A stretch of 61,513 nt of DNA, the filler included. It is 5 parts of 5 records of this genome, joined end to end, with 100 filler letters (N's around TTAATTAATTAA, not from the genome) between each part and the next. Parts side by side here need not be neighbours in the genome. Positions count along the whole stretch, not along the records: positions 40,553 to 54,842 come from DRR378314_860; 4 more parts are not named here. One strand, written 5' to 3'. The translations under genes were made by a program, and so were the position numbers. The notes under the pieces were generated by a model. That model made no database searches. It had not been told where the DNA came from and worked only from the letters and a program-made list of their open reading frames with translations. Positions 43,362 to 54,842 of the stretch are shown here, one piece after another (the first letter of the stretch is position 1; each line of letters starts with the position of its first letter).

Positions 43362-44945
43362 TTAGCCGCGGAAATAGGCCTCCAGATACGCCTCGAACGG
43401 CATCTCCGCTTCCGCTTCCACCGCCTGTTGCTCCGCCAGGCTGTCTTCGGCGAGGCGCCGCCATTCGGTTTCCAGGTTGGTGTCCAGCGGCCGCGAGCGG
43501 AAGTGATCCCGGTGCGCCAGCGCCTGGTTCATGGCGAAGTCGAAAAAGCTCTGCTGCCGGCTTTCCAGCTTGTCGAGGATGCGCCCGGACGGGGTGGCGT
43601 CGGGCTCCAGAAGTTTCTCCCGTTGCAGTTCCAGGGCGTCCCGGTAGAGCCGGCCGTGCTGGCCGTCATGGCCATGGCAGCGGTCGAACAGCTCGGCGAT
43701 GGGCAGCATCTGGTCGAGCTTTTCCAGCCCCCAGTTACGCAACGAGACCGACTTGCCCCAGTTGTTCAGCTGCACGCCGGTGTTGCGGCCGTCGTAGACC
43801 ACCCGGCGCAGGTTCTCCTTGCTGGCGTCCAGGTCGCAGTGTTCCAGGCGCGGTGATTCGCGCAGCAGGCAGTAGGTGGCGAACAGATCCAGGAAACGGA
43901 TCTCCTGCTGATTGATGCCCACCGGCTCGAACGGGTTGAGGTCCAGGGCGCGGATCTCGATGTATTCGACGCCGCGCCGCTGCAGCGCCAGGGTGGGGCG
44001 CTCGCCGCTGTTGATGGTGCGTTTCGGGCGGATCGACGAGTAGTACTCGTTCTCGATCTGCAGGATGTTGGCGTTGAGCTGCTGGTAGCGGCCCTGCGCG
44101 TCGCGCACGCCCAGCTTCTGATACACCGGGTCCGGCGTCTTCATGGCGTGGGTCAGGGTGCGGACATAGTCGTCCAGATTGTTGTAGCTGATCGCCAGCG
44201 ACGACTGGGCGTTGTTCTGGTAGCCCAGGTCGCTCATCCGCAGGCTGGTGGCGTTGGGCCGGTAGAGGCTGTGGTCGAAGCGCTCCAGCAGCTGGTGTTC
44301 GCGGCCGGCCAGGAACGACGAGCACAGCGCCGGCGAGGCGCCGAACAGATACACCAGCAGCCAGGAATAGCGCTGGAAGTTTCGGGTCAGGTCGAAATAG
44401 CGCTGCGAGATATAGTCCCGCAGCGGGGCCTCGCTGCCCTCCAGCTCGCGGTTGATGCGCCAGAACTCATCCGGGAACGAGAAGTTGTAGTGGATCCCGG
44501 CGATGGTCTGCATCTTGCGCCCGTACCGGTGGCCCAGGCCGATGCGGTAGATGTGCTTCATGCGGCCCACGTTGGAGCTGCCGTATTCCGCCACCGGCAC
44601 GTCGTTGTCGTTGGCGATCATGCAGGGCATGGAGTTCACCCACAGCAGTTCGTCGTCGATGTGCCGGTAGGCGTAGCGGTGCAGATTCTCAAGAAACTCG
44701 ATCGGCTGCTGCAGGTCGGTGCTGGGCGGGGTGATGAATTCCAGCAGCGATTCGGAATAGTCCGTGGTGATATACGGATGGGTCAGCGCCGAGCCCAGCT
44801 CCCGGGGGTGCGGAGTGTGCGCGAGCAGGCCCTGGTCGGTGATCCGCAGGCTTTCCTTCTCGATGCCACGGCGAATGTGAGCCAGGGTGGCGGCGGCTTC
44901 GGAATCCAGCAGTGCCTGGATTCGCTGGCTGAGCGTATCGGTCAT
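43362..44945 (-). CDS. gshA: Glutamate-cysteine ligase
   Basis: RGIEKESLR, ITTDYSESLLEFITP, MQTIAGIHYNFS, ATSLRMSDLGY, LQIENEYYSSIRPK. Confidence 0.97.
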   Translation of the reverse strand: MTDTLSQRIQALLDSEAAATLAHIRRGIEKESLRITDQGLLAHTPHPRELGSALTHPYITTDYSESLLEFITPPSTDLQQPIEFLENLHRYAYRHIDDELLWVNSMPCMIANDNDVPVAEYGSSNVGRMKHIYRIGLGHRYGRKMQTIAGIHYNFSFPDEFWRINRELEGSEAPLRDYISQRYFDLTRNFQRYSWLLVYLFGASPALCSSFLAGREHQLLERFDHSLYRPNATSLRMSDLGYQNNAQSSLAISYNNLDDYVRTLTHAMKTPDPVYQKLGVRDAQGRYQQLNANILQIENEYYSSIRPKRTINSGERPTLALQRRGVEYIEIRALDLNPFEPVGINQQEIRFLDLFATYCLLRESPRLEHCDLDASKENLRRVVYDGRNTGVQLNNWGKSVSLRNWGLEKLDQMLPIAELFDRCHGHDGQHGRLYRDALELQREKLLEPDATPSGRILDKLESRQQSFFDFAMNQALAHRDHFRSRPLDTNLETEWRRLAEDSLAEQQAVEAEAEMPFEAYLEAYFRG

Positions 44946-45017
44946 GGGCCTATCCGACAGGGAGGTTGATCGCGCGGCCTGCCAGTATGGCAGGCCCGGG
45001 GCCGGTTAACATCAGGG

Positions 45018-47360
45018 TCAGCCGCGCTTGTTCTTGTCTTCGAACGCCTTCGCGAAGGCCGCGCCCAGGGCGCCCTGCGCCGCCGGTTTCTGGCCGCCGC
45101 CCGACTGGCCGCGACCGCCGCCCTTGGGCTTGCCGCCCCGGCCACGGGGGCGGCCGGCGGGGGCGTCGGCGCTTTTCGGCTGGTCCTGGTGGCGTTCGTC
45201 CAGGCGCATGGTCAGGCTGATGCGCTTGCGGGGCAGGTCCACCTCCATCACCTTGACCTTGACGATGTCGCCGGGCTTGACCACGTCGTGGGGGTCTTCC
45301 ACGAACTTGTCGGCCAGGGCGGAGACATGAACCAGGCCGTCCTGGTGCACGCCCACGTCCACGAAGGCACCGAAGTTGGTGACGTTGGTCACCGAACCTT
45401 CTAGCAGCATGCCTGGCTTCAGGTCGTTCAGCGTCTCCACGCCTTCCTTGAACTCCGCCGCCTTGAATTCCGGGCGCGGGTCGCGGCCGGGCTTTTCCAG
45501 CTCGCTGAGAATGTCGGTGACGGTGGGCAGGCCGAACACGTCGTCGGTGAAGTCCCCGGCGTTCACTTTCTTCAGGAAGGGCGCGTCGCCGATCAGGTCT
45601 TTGAGCGGCCGGCCGTGTTTTTCCGCGATGCGCTCCACCAGCGGGTAGGCTTCCGGGTGCACTGAAGAAGCGTCCAGCGGGTTGGCGCCGCCCATGATGC
45701 GCAGGAAGCCGGCGGCCTGCTCGAAGGTTTTCTCGCCCAGGCGCGGCACCTGCTTGAGCGCGCCGCGATCACTGAAGGCGCCGTTCTTCTCGCGGAAGGT
45801 AACGATGTTGCCGGCGATGGTGGTGTTGAGGCCGGCGATGCGCGCCAGCAGCGGCGCGCTGGCGGTGTTCACGTCCACGCCCACGGCGTTCACGCAGTCC
45901 TCCACCACCGCGTCCAGGGAGCGCGACATCTTCACCTGGCTGACGTCGTGCTGGTACTGGCCCACGCCGATCGACTTCGGATCGATCTTCACCAGCTCCG
46001 CCAGCGGGTCCTGCAAACGCCGGGCGATGGACACCGCGCCCCGGAACGACACGTCCAGGTCGGGGAACTCCCGCGCCGCCATTTCCGACGCGGAGTACAC
46101 CGAGGCGCCCGCTTCGGACACCATGATTTTCTGGATATTACGGTCGCTGAGTTGCTTGACCACCTCGCCGGCCAGCTTGTCGGTCTCGCGGCTGGCGGTG
46201 CCGTTGCCGATGGCGATCAACGACACATCGTGCTTGGCGCAGAGTTTGGCCAGCGTCGCCAGGGACTGATCCCACTGCTTCTTGGGCTGGTGCGGGAAAA
46301 TGGTGGTGTGTTCCAGCAGCTTGCCGGTGGGGTCCACCACCACCACCTTGACGCCGGTGCGCAGGCCCGGGTCCAGGCCCATGGTGGCCTTGGGGCCGGC
46401 GGGCGACGCCATCAGCAGGCTTTTCAGGTTGCGCGCGAACACCTGGATCGCTTCTTCCTCGGCCATTTCGCGCACGCGGCCGAGCAGCTCGGTTTCCAGG
46501 TGGGTGTTGAGTTTGATCTTCCAGGTCCAGCGCATCACCTCGCCGAGCCAGTCGTCGGCGGCGCGGCCTTCGTGACGCCAGCCCGCCACCTCGGTGACCA
46601 TCGCTTCGCAGGGGTGGGGCTGGGCGCTTTCCAGCTCCTCGGGCAGCACCATGGAGACGTGCAGCACGCCCTCGTTGCGGCCCCGGAACAGCGCCAGCGC
46701 GCGGTGGCTGGGAATGTTCTTGAGCGCTTCCTGGTGTTCGAAGTAGTCGCGGAACTTGGCGCCCTCTTCTTCCTTGCCGTCGGCCAGCTTCGCCTGCACT
46801 TGGGCCTTTTCCCACAGGAAGGTGCGCAGCCGGGTGAGCAGCTCGGCGTTTTCCGCGAAGCGCTCCATCAGAATCTGCTTGGCGCCGTCCAGGGCGTCCT
46901 TGGCGGTGGCGATCTTGTGCTCTTCGTTCAGGTAGCCGGCGGCGGTCTGCTCCGGATCCTGGCCGGGATCGTCCAGCAGCGCGTCGGCGAGCGGTTCCAG
47001 GCCGGCCTCGCGGGCGATCTGCGCGCGGGTGCGGCGCTTGGGCTTGTACGGCAGGTAGAGGTCTTCCAGGCGGGTTTTGGTGTCCGCTTCCTGGATCGCC
47101 TTTTCCAGTTCCGGGGTCAGTTTTTCCTGTTCGGCGATGCTTTTGAGGATGGTCTCGCGGCGCTCTTCAAGCTCGCGCAGATAGCGCAGCCGCTCTTCCA
47201 GTGTACGCAACTGGGTATCGTCCAGACCGCCGGTCACCTCCTTACGGTAGCGGGCGATGAACGGCACCGTGGCGCCTTCGTCCAGCAGGGCCACGGTGGC
47301 CGCCACCTGCCGGGGCTGGGCGTTGATTTCCTGGGCGATCAGTTGTTCGATGCTTTGCAT
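45018..47360 (-). CDS. tex: Tex (YhgF) transcription accessory RNA-binding protein
   Basis: [39 protein letters not shown]-terminal S1 domain ([17 protein letters not shown]). Confidence 0.96.
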   Translation of the reverse strand: MQSIEQLIAQEINAQPRQVAATVALLDEGATVPFIARYRKEVTGGLDDTQLRTLEERLRYLRELEERRETILKSIAEQEKLTPELEKAIQEADTKTRLEDLYLPYKPKRRTRAQIAREAGLEPLADALLDDPGQDPEQTAAGYLNEEHKIATAKDALDGAKQILMERFAENAELLTRLRTFLWEKAQVQAKLADGKEEEGAKFRDYFEHQEALKNIPSHRALALFRGRNEGVLHVSMVLPEELESAQPHPCEAMVTEVAGWRHEGRAADDWLGEVMRWTWKIKLNTHLETELLGRVREMAEEEAIQVFARNLKSLLMASPAGPKATMGLDPGLRTGVKVVVVDPTGKLLEHTTIFPHQPKKQWDQSLATLAKLCAKHDVSLIAIGNGTASRETDKLAGEVVKQLSDRNIQKIMVSEAGASVYSASEMAAREFPDLDVSFRGAVSIARRLQDPLAELVKIDPKSIGVGQYQHDVSQVKMSRSLDAVVEDCVNAVGVDVNTASAPLLARIAGLNTTIAGNIVTFREKNGAFSDRGALKQVPRLGEKTFEQAAGFLRIMGGANPLDASSVHPEAYPLVERIAEKHGRPLKDLIGDAPFLKKVNAGDFTDDVFGLPTVTDILSELEKPGRDPRPEFKAAEFKEGVETLNDLKPGMLLEGSVTNVTNFGAFVDVGVHQDGLVHVSALADKFVEDPHDVVKPGDIVKVKVMEVDLPRKRISLTMRLDERHQDQPKSADAPAGRPRGRGGKPKGGGRGQSGGGQKPAAQGALGAAFAKAFEDKNKRG

Positions 47361-47502
47361 GGAAGAGTCCTGGCTTGCACGGCGGCGCGCGCGGTATGGC
47401 GCCGCTTTATAACGAAACGACCGGAATCATAGGGAATGACTCCGGCCGTTCATAGATTGACGTGACGGGGCGGGCTATGGTTGCTGCGGGGAGCGCCGGG
47501 CT

Positions 47503-47865
47503 TCAGCCCAGCACGCGCTTGATCATCGCCGCCAGTTCCGGCTCCTGGGCCGGCTTGACGATGTAGCCGGCGGCGCCCTGGCGCTCACCCCAGACTTTGT
47601 CGGTTTCCTGGTCCTTGGTGGTGACCAGAATCACCGGAATCCCGCCCAGCTCGGCGTCCTTATTGATCTTGCGGGTGGCCTGGAAGCCGTTCAGCTCCGG
47701 CATCACCACGTCCATCAGGATCAGGTCCGGCTTCTGCGCACGGGCCTGTTCGATGCCCTCCAGGCCGTTGCTGGCGGTGATTGCCTCGTGCCCCTGATTT
47801 TCCACCATCTTGACCAGGTTGGTCAGTTGCGTGGGTGAGTCGTCCACCACGAGAATCTTGGCCAT
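47503..47865 (-). CDS. Single-domain response regulator, PilH-like
   Basis: MAKILVVDDSPT, PDLILMDVVMPELNGFQATR, VTTKDQETDKVWGERQGA..Y.VKP. Confidence 0.88.
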   Translation of the reverse strand: MAKILVVDDSPTQLTNLVKMVENQGHEAITASNGLEGIEQARAQKPDLILMDVVMPELNGFQATRKINKDAELGGIPVILVTTKDQETDKVWGERQGAAGYIVKPAQEPELAAMIKRVLG

Positions 47866-48077
47866 CTTTGTCTCCTTCGGAACCCATCGGCGGGCGCATG
47901 ATAGCAGGCCCGGGGGCAAAGGTAAGCCGATCCGTTCCGCCACCAAGCGCCGCATGGCGTCACCGGTTCGCGGCGGCCGGTAATCTTTCTATACAATCCA
48001 GATTTGCCTGCCGGACGCGCGGCGGGTACACCGGGCCTCCGGGATCCATTCCCGTAGTCCTTTCGGCGAGGAGCACC

Positions 48078-48788
48078 ATGAGCGAACAAGTGGAAAAGAT
48101 TCTGGTGGTGGACGATGACGCCCGCCTGCGCGGTCTTCTGCAACGGTTCCTGGAAGAGCAGGGCTACGCCGTCAAGGCGGTGGCCGACGCCGACCAGATG
48201 GACCGGGCGCTGTCCCGCGAGATCTATTCGCTGATGGTGCTGGACCTGATGCTGCCCGGCGAGGACGGCCTGTCGATCTGCCGTCGCCTGCGCGACGACG
48301 ACAACCGCCTGCCGATCATCATGCTCACCGCCAAGGGCGACGACGCGGAACGCATCGAGGGCCTGGACGCCGGCGCCGACGACTACCTACCCAAGCCGTT
48401 CAACCCCAAGGAGCTCAGCGCCCGCATTCGCGCCGTGCTGCGCCGCCATGTGCGGGAAGTGCCCGGCGCCCCCAGCAAGGACGAATCCGTGGTGCGTTTC
48501 GGCCCCTGGAGCCTGGACCTGGGCAACCGCACCCTGGCCCGCGAGGGCGAGCCGCAGCCGCTCACCACCGGCGAGTTCGCGGTGCTCAAGGCGCTGGTGC
48601 AGAACGAGCGGGAACCGCTCACCCGCGACAAGCTGATGAGCCTGGCCCGGGGCCGCGAATGGTCCGCCATGGAACGCTCCATCGACGTGCAGGTGTCGCG
48701 CCTGCGCCGCCTGCTCGAGGACGACCCGTCCAAACCGCGCTATATCCAGACCGTCTGGGGCGTGGGCTATGTGTTCGTGCCGGACTGA
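48078..48788 (+). CDS. ompR: Response regulator OmpR (AmgR-like)
   Basis: KILVVDDDARLR, LDLMLPGEDGL, LTTGEFAVLKALV, ERSIDVQVSRLRR, YIQTVWGVGYVFVPD. Confidence 0.95.
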   Translation: MSEQVEKILVVDDDARLRGLLQRFLEEQGYAVKAVADADQMDRALSREIYSLMVLDLMLPGEDGLSICRRLRDDDNRLPIIMLTAKGDDAERIEGLDAGADDYLPKPFNPKELSARIRAVLRRHVREVPGAPSKDESVVRFGPWSLDLGNRTLAREGEPQPLTTGEFAVLKALVQNEREPLTRDKLMSLARGREWSAMERSIDVQVSRLRRLLEDDPSKPRYIQTVWGVGYVFVPD

Positions 48789-48811
48789 ACGCCGGCGGGT
48801 AGAATCCCTCC

Positions 48812-50128
48812 ATGCCCAACTTCCTGCCCAAAAGCTCGTTCGCCCGTTCGGCGCTGATCATCGGTCTGGTGATCGGCCTCAGCCAGGGCATCACCCTGTG
48901 GTTTTTTGCCCGCAACGCCTATCTGCCGGGCATCCGGGAATACGCCCGCCTGACCGCCCTGCAGGCGGAGCTGGTGTTCCAGAGCGAGGGCGACGCCAGC
49001 CTGTCTCGGCAGCTGGGCGAGACCACCGGCATTAACGCCGGCACGCCGCCGGAACTGCGCCGCCCGGAAAGCCTGATTCTGTCGCGCCCGGTGGTGGAGC
49101 GGTTCCGCGACGAAGTCTCCGAGCTGCTCGGCGAGGCCGCCACCGTGCGCCTGGAAGACGAGCGCCAGCCGGTGCTGTGGGTCACCGCGCCGTCGTTCGG
49201 CGACCGCTGGTTGCGGGTGCCGATGGCTTTCTTCCGCGACTACGACCGCTACCTGCTGCTGGGCTGGGGTGTGACGGTGCCGCTGCTGGCGGTGATCGGC
49301 GGTCTGCTGATCGCGCGCAGCCTCAACCGGCCGCTGCGGCGGCTGGCGCGGGTGGCGCTCAAGGTGGGGCGCGGTGAAGCGGTGCCGGTGCTCGACGACA
49401 GCCTCGGCCCCACCGAGATCCAGGCGGTGAACCGCGCCTTCAACCGCATGACCAGCCAGCTTCAGCAGTCCCAGCGCGACCGCGCCCTGCTGCTGGCGGG
49501 GGTGTCCCACGATCTGCGCACGCCGCTGACCCGGCTGCGGCTGTCGGCGGAATTCCTCAACGACGAGGAGATGTCCCAGGGCATCATCGCCGACATCGAG
49601 GACATGGACGCGATTCTCGATCAGTTCATTTCGTTTATCCGCGACGGCGCCGACGAGCAGCCCGACTACGAAAACCTCAATGACCTGATCGACGAGGTGG
49701 CCGCCAAGTACCCCGGGGAGCAGCTGCGCATCCGGCAAAAAGACCTGCCGCGGCTGATGCTCAAGCGGCTCACCGTCAAGCGCATGCTTTCCAACCTGAT
49801 CACCAACGCGCTCAAGTACGGCGCCGCGCCGGTGGAGATCGACACCGCCCTGGACGACAACGCCCTGGTGCTGGTGGTGCGCGACCACGGCAAGGGCGTG
49901 CGCGAGGAGGACATTCCCTTGCTGCTGCAGCCGTTCTCCCGGGGCGAGAAGGCGCGCACCCTGAGCGGCAGTGGTCTGGGGCTGGCCATCGTCAAGCGCA
50001 TCGTCGACATGCACCACGGTGAGATGGCATTGGACAACCACCCCCACGGCGGCCTGCGGGTGACCATCCGCTTCCCGCTCACCGGGCAGCTGGTGCAGCC
50101 GGAGACGCTCTCCGCCGGGGTGCGCTAG
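48812..50128 (+). CDS. envZ: Sensor histidine kinase EnvZ (AmgS-like)
   Basis: Two TM segments, HAMP, LLAGVSHDLRTPLTRLRL, NLITNALKYG, GSGLGLAIV. Confidence 0.92.
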   Translation: MPNFLPKSSFARSALIIGLVIGLSQGITLWFFARNAYLPGIREYARLTALQAELVFQSEGDASLSRQLGETTGINAGTPPELRRPESLILSRPVVERFRDEVSELLGEAATVRLEDERQPVLWVTAPSFGDRWLRVPMAFFRDYDRYLLLGWGVTVPLLAVIGGLLIARSLNRPLRRLARVALKVGRGEAVPVLDDSLGPTEIQAVNRAFNRMTSQLQQSQRDRALLLAGVSHDLRTPLTRLRLSAEFLNDEEMSQGIIADIEDMDAILDQFISFIRDGADEQPDYENLNDLIDEVAAKYPGEQLRIRQKDLPRLMLKRLTVKRMLSNLITNALKYGAAPVEIDTALDDNALVLVVRDHGKGVREEDIPLLLQPFSRGEKARTLSGSGLGLAIVKRIVDMHHGEMALDNHPHGGLRVTIRFPLTGQLVQPETLSAGVR

Positions 50129-50129
50129 C

Positions 50130-51323
50130 TCAGTCCGGACATTCCGCCGGCGCCGGCTCCAGGGCACGGCCGGCGAAGAAGATCAGCAGACCGCCGGCGG
50201 CCAGCGCCGCCCCCACCAGACCGCTGCTGGACCAGGGCACGCCCTGGGCGATCACCACGCCGGCCAGCCAGGCGCCCAGCGCATTGGCCATGTTGAAGGC
50301 GGCGTGGTTGAGCGACGCGGCCATGGTCTGGGCGTTGCCGGCCACGTCCATCAGCCGGGTCTGAATGGTCGGGCCCAGGGCCATGCTGGTGCCCACCAGG
50401 GCGACGAACAGCAGCCCCGTCCACACCTGGTTGGCGGCCACGAAAAACAGCGTCTGCACCACCAGACACCAGATCAGAATCAGCGGAATCGCCTTGAGCA
50501 GGTTCCAGTCCGCCACCCGCGCGCCCACCAGGGTGCCGATGATGGTGCCCACGCCGAAGATCGCCAGCACCACCGGCCCCAGGGATTCCGCCATGCCGGC
50601 CTGCTGGGTAAGCGTCGGCATCACGTAGCTGAACACCGCGAACATGCCGCCGAAACCGATGCTGGCGATGCCCAGGGTGAACAGCACCTGCTGGTTGACC
50701 AGCGCGCCCAGCTCGCGCAGCGGGCTGGCGTCCGGGTCGCGGGGCACGAAGGGTACGAACAGACGCACCATCAGCGCGGTGGCGAGGGCGATGCCGCCCA
50801 CGGCGGCGAACGCCACCGGCCAGCCGAACTGGTTGCCGGCCCAGGTGCCCAGCGGCGCGCCAAGCAGGATCGCCACGGTCAGCCCCATCATCACCCGGGC
50901 CACCGCCCGGGCACGCTGATCGGACGGCACCGCGGCGGCGGCCACCAGCGCCGCCACGCCGAAATAGGCGCCGTGGGGCAGCCCGGCGATAAAGCGCAGG
51001 CCGACGAACGACCAGAACCCGGGCGCCAGCGCACTGGCCAGATTGCCCAGCGCGAACACCAGCATCAGACCGATCAGCAGTTGCCGTTTCGGCACCTTCG
51101 CCGCCAGCGCGGAAATCAACGGGGCACCCACCACCACGCCCAGGGCGTAGCTGCTGATCGCGTAGCCGACCTGCTGCGGCGACACCGAAAGGTCGCCGGC
51201 GATGCGGTTCATCAACCCCATGATCACAAATTCGGTGGTGCCGATGGCGAAGCCGCCCAGCGCCAGGGCGAGCTCGGCAAGACGGGGGTGTGAGGCGACC
51301 GGCCGGGTGGCGGAAACGGACAT
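50130..51323 (-). CDS. MFS transporter (DHA1/AraJ-like)
   Basis: LALGGFAIGTTEF, ISSYALGVVVGAP, RFIAGLPHGAYFG and about 12 hydrophobic segments. Confidence 0.92.
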   Translation of the reverse strand: MSVSATRPVASHPRLAELALALGGFAIGTTEFVIMGLMNRIAGDLSVSPQQVGYAISSYALGVVVGAPLISALAAKVPKRQLLIGLMLVFALGNLASALAPGFWSFVGLRFIAGLPHGAYFGVAALVAAAAVPSDQRARAVARVMMGLTVAILLGAPLGTWAGNQFGWPVAFAAVGGIALATALMVRLFVPFVPRDPDASPLRELGALVNQQVLFTLGIASIGFGGMFAVFSYVMPTLTQQAGMAESLGPVVLAIFGVGTIIGTLVGARVADWNLLKAIPLILIWCLVVQTLFFVAANQVWTGLLFVALVGTSMALGPTIQTRLMDVAGNAQTMAASLNHAAFNMANALGAWLAGVVIAQGVPWSSSGLVGAALAAGGLLIFFAGRALEPAPAECPD

Positions 51324-51442
51324 GCGCGGGCTCCGGATGGGTGGAAAGCCGCGCATTGTCGCAAAGCGGGGTGAACAAACGAAGTCGGTTTTGTCTATCG
51401 GTGAAACAGCCCGCCGCGACCCGTGGTCACGGCGGGGCAGGG

Positions 51443-53419
51443 CTATTGCAGGGCGTCCGCCGGCACCAGCGGGATGTTCACCCGCGACGGCATCGCCGGG
51501 GTGCTATACACGGTGAGCAGGCCGAGCAGCCCCTGCAGCAGGTCCGGCAGCGGGCTCAGGCCGTGGGGCAGGTCGCTGGCGCCGACGCTGATGCGCAGCC
51601 GGTGGCCGGCGGGGATCACGGCGCTGGTGGGGAACACCTCCACGTCGGCGCGGAACGGCTGCAGCGGCCCCACCGGTTGTTGCGATTCGGCGGTGAACGG
51701 GTGCCAGGGTTGTACCAGCTTGCCGTTCATAAAGCGCGAGCGGGTGGCGTCGAAATCACTCATCGAGGCCATCTGGATGCCGTTGCTCAGCTCCCGGGAC
51801 AGGCCGTTGGGGTCCACCACGCTGACCCGCACCACCACGTTGCTGTCCAGCGCCGTGGTGGAGGCCCAGATCTGCCCGCCGATGGGGCCGTTGATGGCCA
51901 TGTCCTCTTCCATGGGCTCGCTGGTGTAGACCGCTTCCAGCAGCTCGGTGACGTTGTTCTGCGCCTGGCACGGCGGCGTGATCAGGCCCAGCACGCCGGC
52001 GGTCCACTGGCTGGCGCTGGCCGAGCACAGGCCGTTCACCGGGGTTTGCAGCAGCGAGGTGCGGCTGTCACCGGTGGGCGCCTCGCGGCGGATCTCGCCG
52101 AACAGCGGCAGGCCCGGTTTGCCGTGCAGATAGAACACCTCGGCGCGCGCTTGCGGGTGGGGCCAGTCCTCGGCGGTGACGTAGCGCTCCGCGCCGGTGT
52201 AGTACTGGGTCACCGGCGGGTAGTCGCCGGCGCCGGTGTCCATGCCTTTCAGGTACTGGTCGAACCAGGCCAGGCGGATGTTGGCCAGGGCGGGCACGCC
52301 GTCGGCGGGCAGGCCGGCGCCGGAGGAGCCGTCCAGATGTTCCCAGGGGCCGATCAGCAGCTTGCTGGTGGTGCCGTTGTTCTTGAGGCCTTCGTAGATC
52401 AGCGGTTCGCCGCGCTGGAAGATGTCGCGCAGGCCGCCGACCACGAAGGTGGGCGCGGTGATCTTGTCGATCTGCTCCAGCGGCGAGCGCTGGCGCCAGA
52501 AGTCGTTGTCGTACTTGTTGTCGTCGCCGATCAGGGCGCCGCCCACCACCGGCACCGGGAACTCGGTGAGGGTGCCGGTGAGATGATCCAGCAGGGTGTT
52601 CAGGTAGTAACCGGGCTCGTCGTTCTCCAGCCCCACCGGCGTGGGAATGATGCCCAGGCCGGTGACCAGCGCCACCCACAGCGGGATAAAGCCGGCGTTG
52701 ATCTGGCCGCCGCTGAACACGATGTCCCGGTAGGCGTCGCCCATCGGCACGATGGCGAACACGGCGTCCACGCCGTCCGGGCGCTGGGCGCCGGCCAGCA
52801 GCCCGGTGATGCCCATGTAGGAGGCGCCGTTCATGCCGATGGTGCCGTTGCTCCAGGGCTGGTCGTCGATGTAGTCGAGCAGCTCGCCGATGTCCTGATG
52901 GTCCACCTCGCTGAACGCCTGCCAAGTGCCCTCGGAGGCGCCGGTGCCGCGCATATCGACAATGATGTAGGCGTAGCCGCGCTTGACCAGATAGGGGTCG
53001 GCGGCGCCGATGGCGCCCAGGAACTGGTTGTAGCCGGTGAAGGTGGCCACCACCGGGAAGGGACCGTCGGCGGGCTCGCCGTTTTCGCCGGCGGGCAGCG
53101 TCACCGTGACCGACAGCCGGATGCCGTCGCGCAGGGTGATCAACTGCTGGGGCAGGTCCACCGTGCCGGGGTATTCCTCGGGGCGCTCATAGGGCGCGTC
53201 CCAGGTCAGGTTCACCGGCTCGGGCTGCGGGTCCGGTTCGGGCTCCGGCGCCGGCGGTGTGGTCGGCGCCGGTGCCTCCGGGTCGCCGGCGTTCGCTGTT
53301 TGCGGGCCCGGTCCGGCGCTGTCGCTGCCGCCACCGCCGCAACCGGCGAGCGCGAAGAGGGTCAGGAAAAACAGAACGGGCAGCGGAAGGTGCTGCCCCG
53401 CGTGGCGAAGAAGAAGCAT
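51443..53419 (-). CDS. CocE/NonD family serine hydrolase, predicted lipoprotein
   Basis: LRDGIRL, VDMRGTGASEG, QPWSNGTIGMNGASYMG (GxSYxG nucleophile), LLIGPWEH, GHRLRISV. Lipobox LAGC followed by a Pro/Glu linker. Start may be 53437. Confidence 0.9.
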   Translation of the reverse strand: MLLLRHAGQHLPLPVLFFLTLFALAGCGGGGSDSAGPGPQTANAGDPEAPAPTTPPAPEPEPDPQPEPVNLTWDAPYERPEEYPGTVDLPQQLITLRDGIRLSVTVTLPAGENGEPADGPFPVVATFTGYNQFLGAIGAADPYLVKRGYAYIIVDMRGTGASEGTWQAFSEVDHQDIGELLDYIDDQPWSNGTIGMNGASYMGITGLLAGAQRPDGVDAVFAIVPMGDAYRDIVFSGGQINAGFIPLWVALVTGLGIIPTPVGLENDEPGYYLNTLLDHLTGTLTEFPVPVVGGALIGDDNKYDNDFWRQRSPLEQIDKITAPTFVVGGLRDIFQRGEPLIYEGLKNNGTTSKLLIGPWEHLDGSSGAGLPADGVPALANIRLAWFDQYLKGMDTGAGDYPPVTQYYTGAERYVTAEDWPHPQARAEVFYLHGKPGLPLFGEIRREAPTGDSRTSLLQTPVNGLCSASASQWTAGVLGLITPPCQAQNNVTELLEAVYTSEPMEEDMAINGPIGGQIWASTTALDSNVVVRVSVVDPNGLSRELSNGIQMASMSDFDATRSRFMNGKLVQPWHPFTAESQQPVGPLQPFRADVEVFPTSAVIPAGHRLRISVGASDLPHGLSPLPDLLQGLLGLLTVYSTPAMPSRVNIPLVPADALQ

Positions 53420-53639
53420 GCTGGTGTCCCCTGGCATTATTGGATTAATGGGGAAGCCGACCGGCCTGGGCTAGTCAGTTGTTTGTCTATGCAAGGTTAC
53501 CCAGTGGCGGCGCCGGTCACTGTTGGCACGATGGTGCGAATCGGTGACGAAGCTTGGGTTTATGTGGCGCTGTGTAACAGCGGGATCACTGGTATGCTGC
53601 TTCGCCACCCGTTTCCGCTTTGCCGACAGGAGAAATCCG

Positions 53640-54842
53640 ATGACCGACGACCACGCTTCCGATCCCCGCCGCCGTTATTCCGCCCCGGTCGTGGACGGCG
53701 TGGGCAAGGCACCCAGCCGCTCCATGCTGCGCGCCACCGGTTTCACCGACGAGGATTTCACCAAGCCGCAGGTGGGCATCGCGTCCACCTGGAGCCGGGT
53801 GACGCCGTGCAACATGCACATCAACACCCTGGCGGACGAAGCCGGCCGGGGCGCCGACGCCGCCGGCGGCAAGAGCGTGATCTTCAACACCATCACCGTG
53901 TCCGACGGCATCGCCAACGGCACCGAGGGCATGAAGTACTCGCTGGTGTCCCGGGAAGTGATTGCCGATTCCATCGAGACCGTGGCCGGCTGCGAGGGCT
54001 TCGACGGCCTGGTGGCCATCGGCGGCTGCGACAAGAACATGCCCGGCTGCCTGATGGGGCTGGCGCGGCTCAACCGGCCGTCGGTGTTCGTCTACGGCGG
54101 CACCATCAAACCGGGCAAGAACCACACCGACCTGATCTCCGTGTTCGAGGCGGTGGGCGCCCACGCCAAGGGCGACAAGTCACTGATCGAAGTGAAACAG
54201 GTGGAGGAAGAGGCGATCCCCGGCGCCGGCTCCTGCGGCGGCATGTACACCGCCAACACCATGGCCAGCGCCATCGAGGCCCTGGGCATGAGCCTGCCGG
54301 GCAGCTCCGCCCAGAACGCCGAGGACAACGACAAGCTGGAAGACTGCCGCGCCGCCGGCGAGGCGGTGCTCAAGCTGCTCGATCGGGACATCAAACCCCG
54401 CGACATCCTCACCCGCGAGGCGTTCGAGAACGCCATCACCGTGGTGATCGCCCTGGGCGGCTCCACCAACGCGGTGCTGCACCTGATCGCCATGGCGCAC
54501 ACCGTGGACGTGGCGCTGTCCCTGGAGGACTTCACCCGCATCGGCAAGAGGGTGCCGGTGCTGGCGGACCTGCGCCCCAGCGGCCACTACATGATGAGCG
54601 AGCTGGTCGCCATCGGCGGCATCCAGCCGCTGATGAAAACCTTGCTCGACGCCGGCCTGCTGCACGGTGATTGCCTCACCGTCACCGGCAAGACCCTGGC
54701 GGAAAACCTGGAAAACGTGGCGCCCTACCCGGAAGAGCAGGACATCATCCACGCCCTGGACCAGCCGATCAAAAAGGACAGCCACCTGCGCATCCTCTAC
54801 GGCAACCTGGCGCCCACCGGCGCGGTGGCCAAGATCACCGGC
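53640..54842 (+). CDS. ilvD: Dihydroxy-acid dehydratase (3' part cut by the contig end)
   Basis: [63 protein letters not shown]. Confidence 0.96.
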
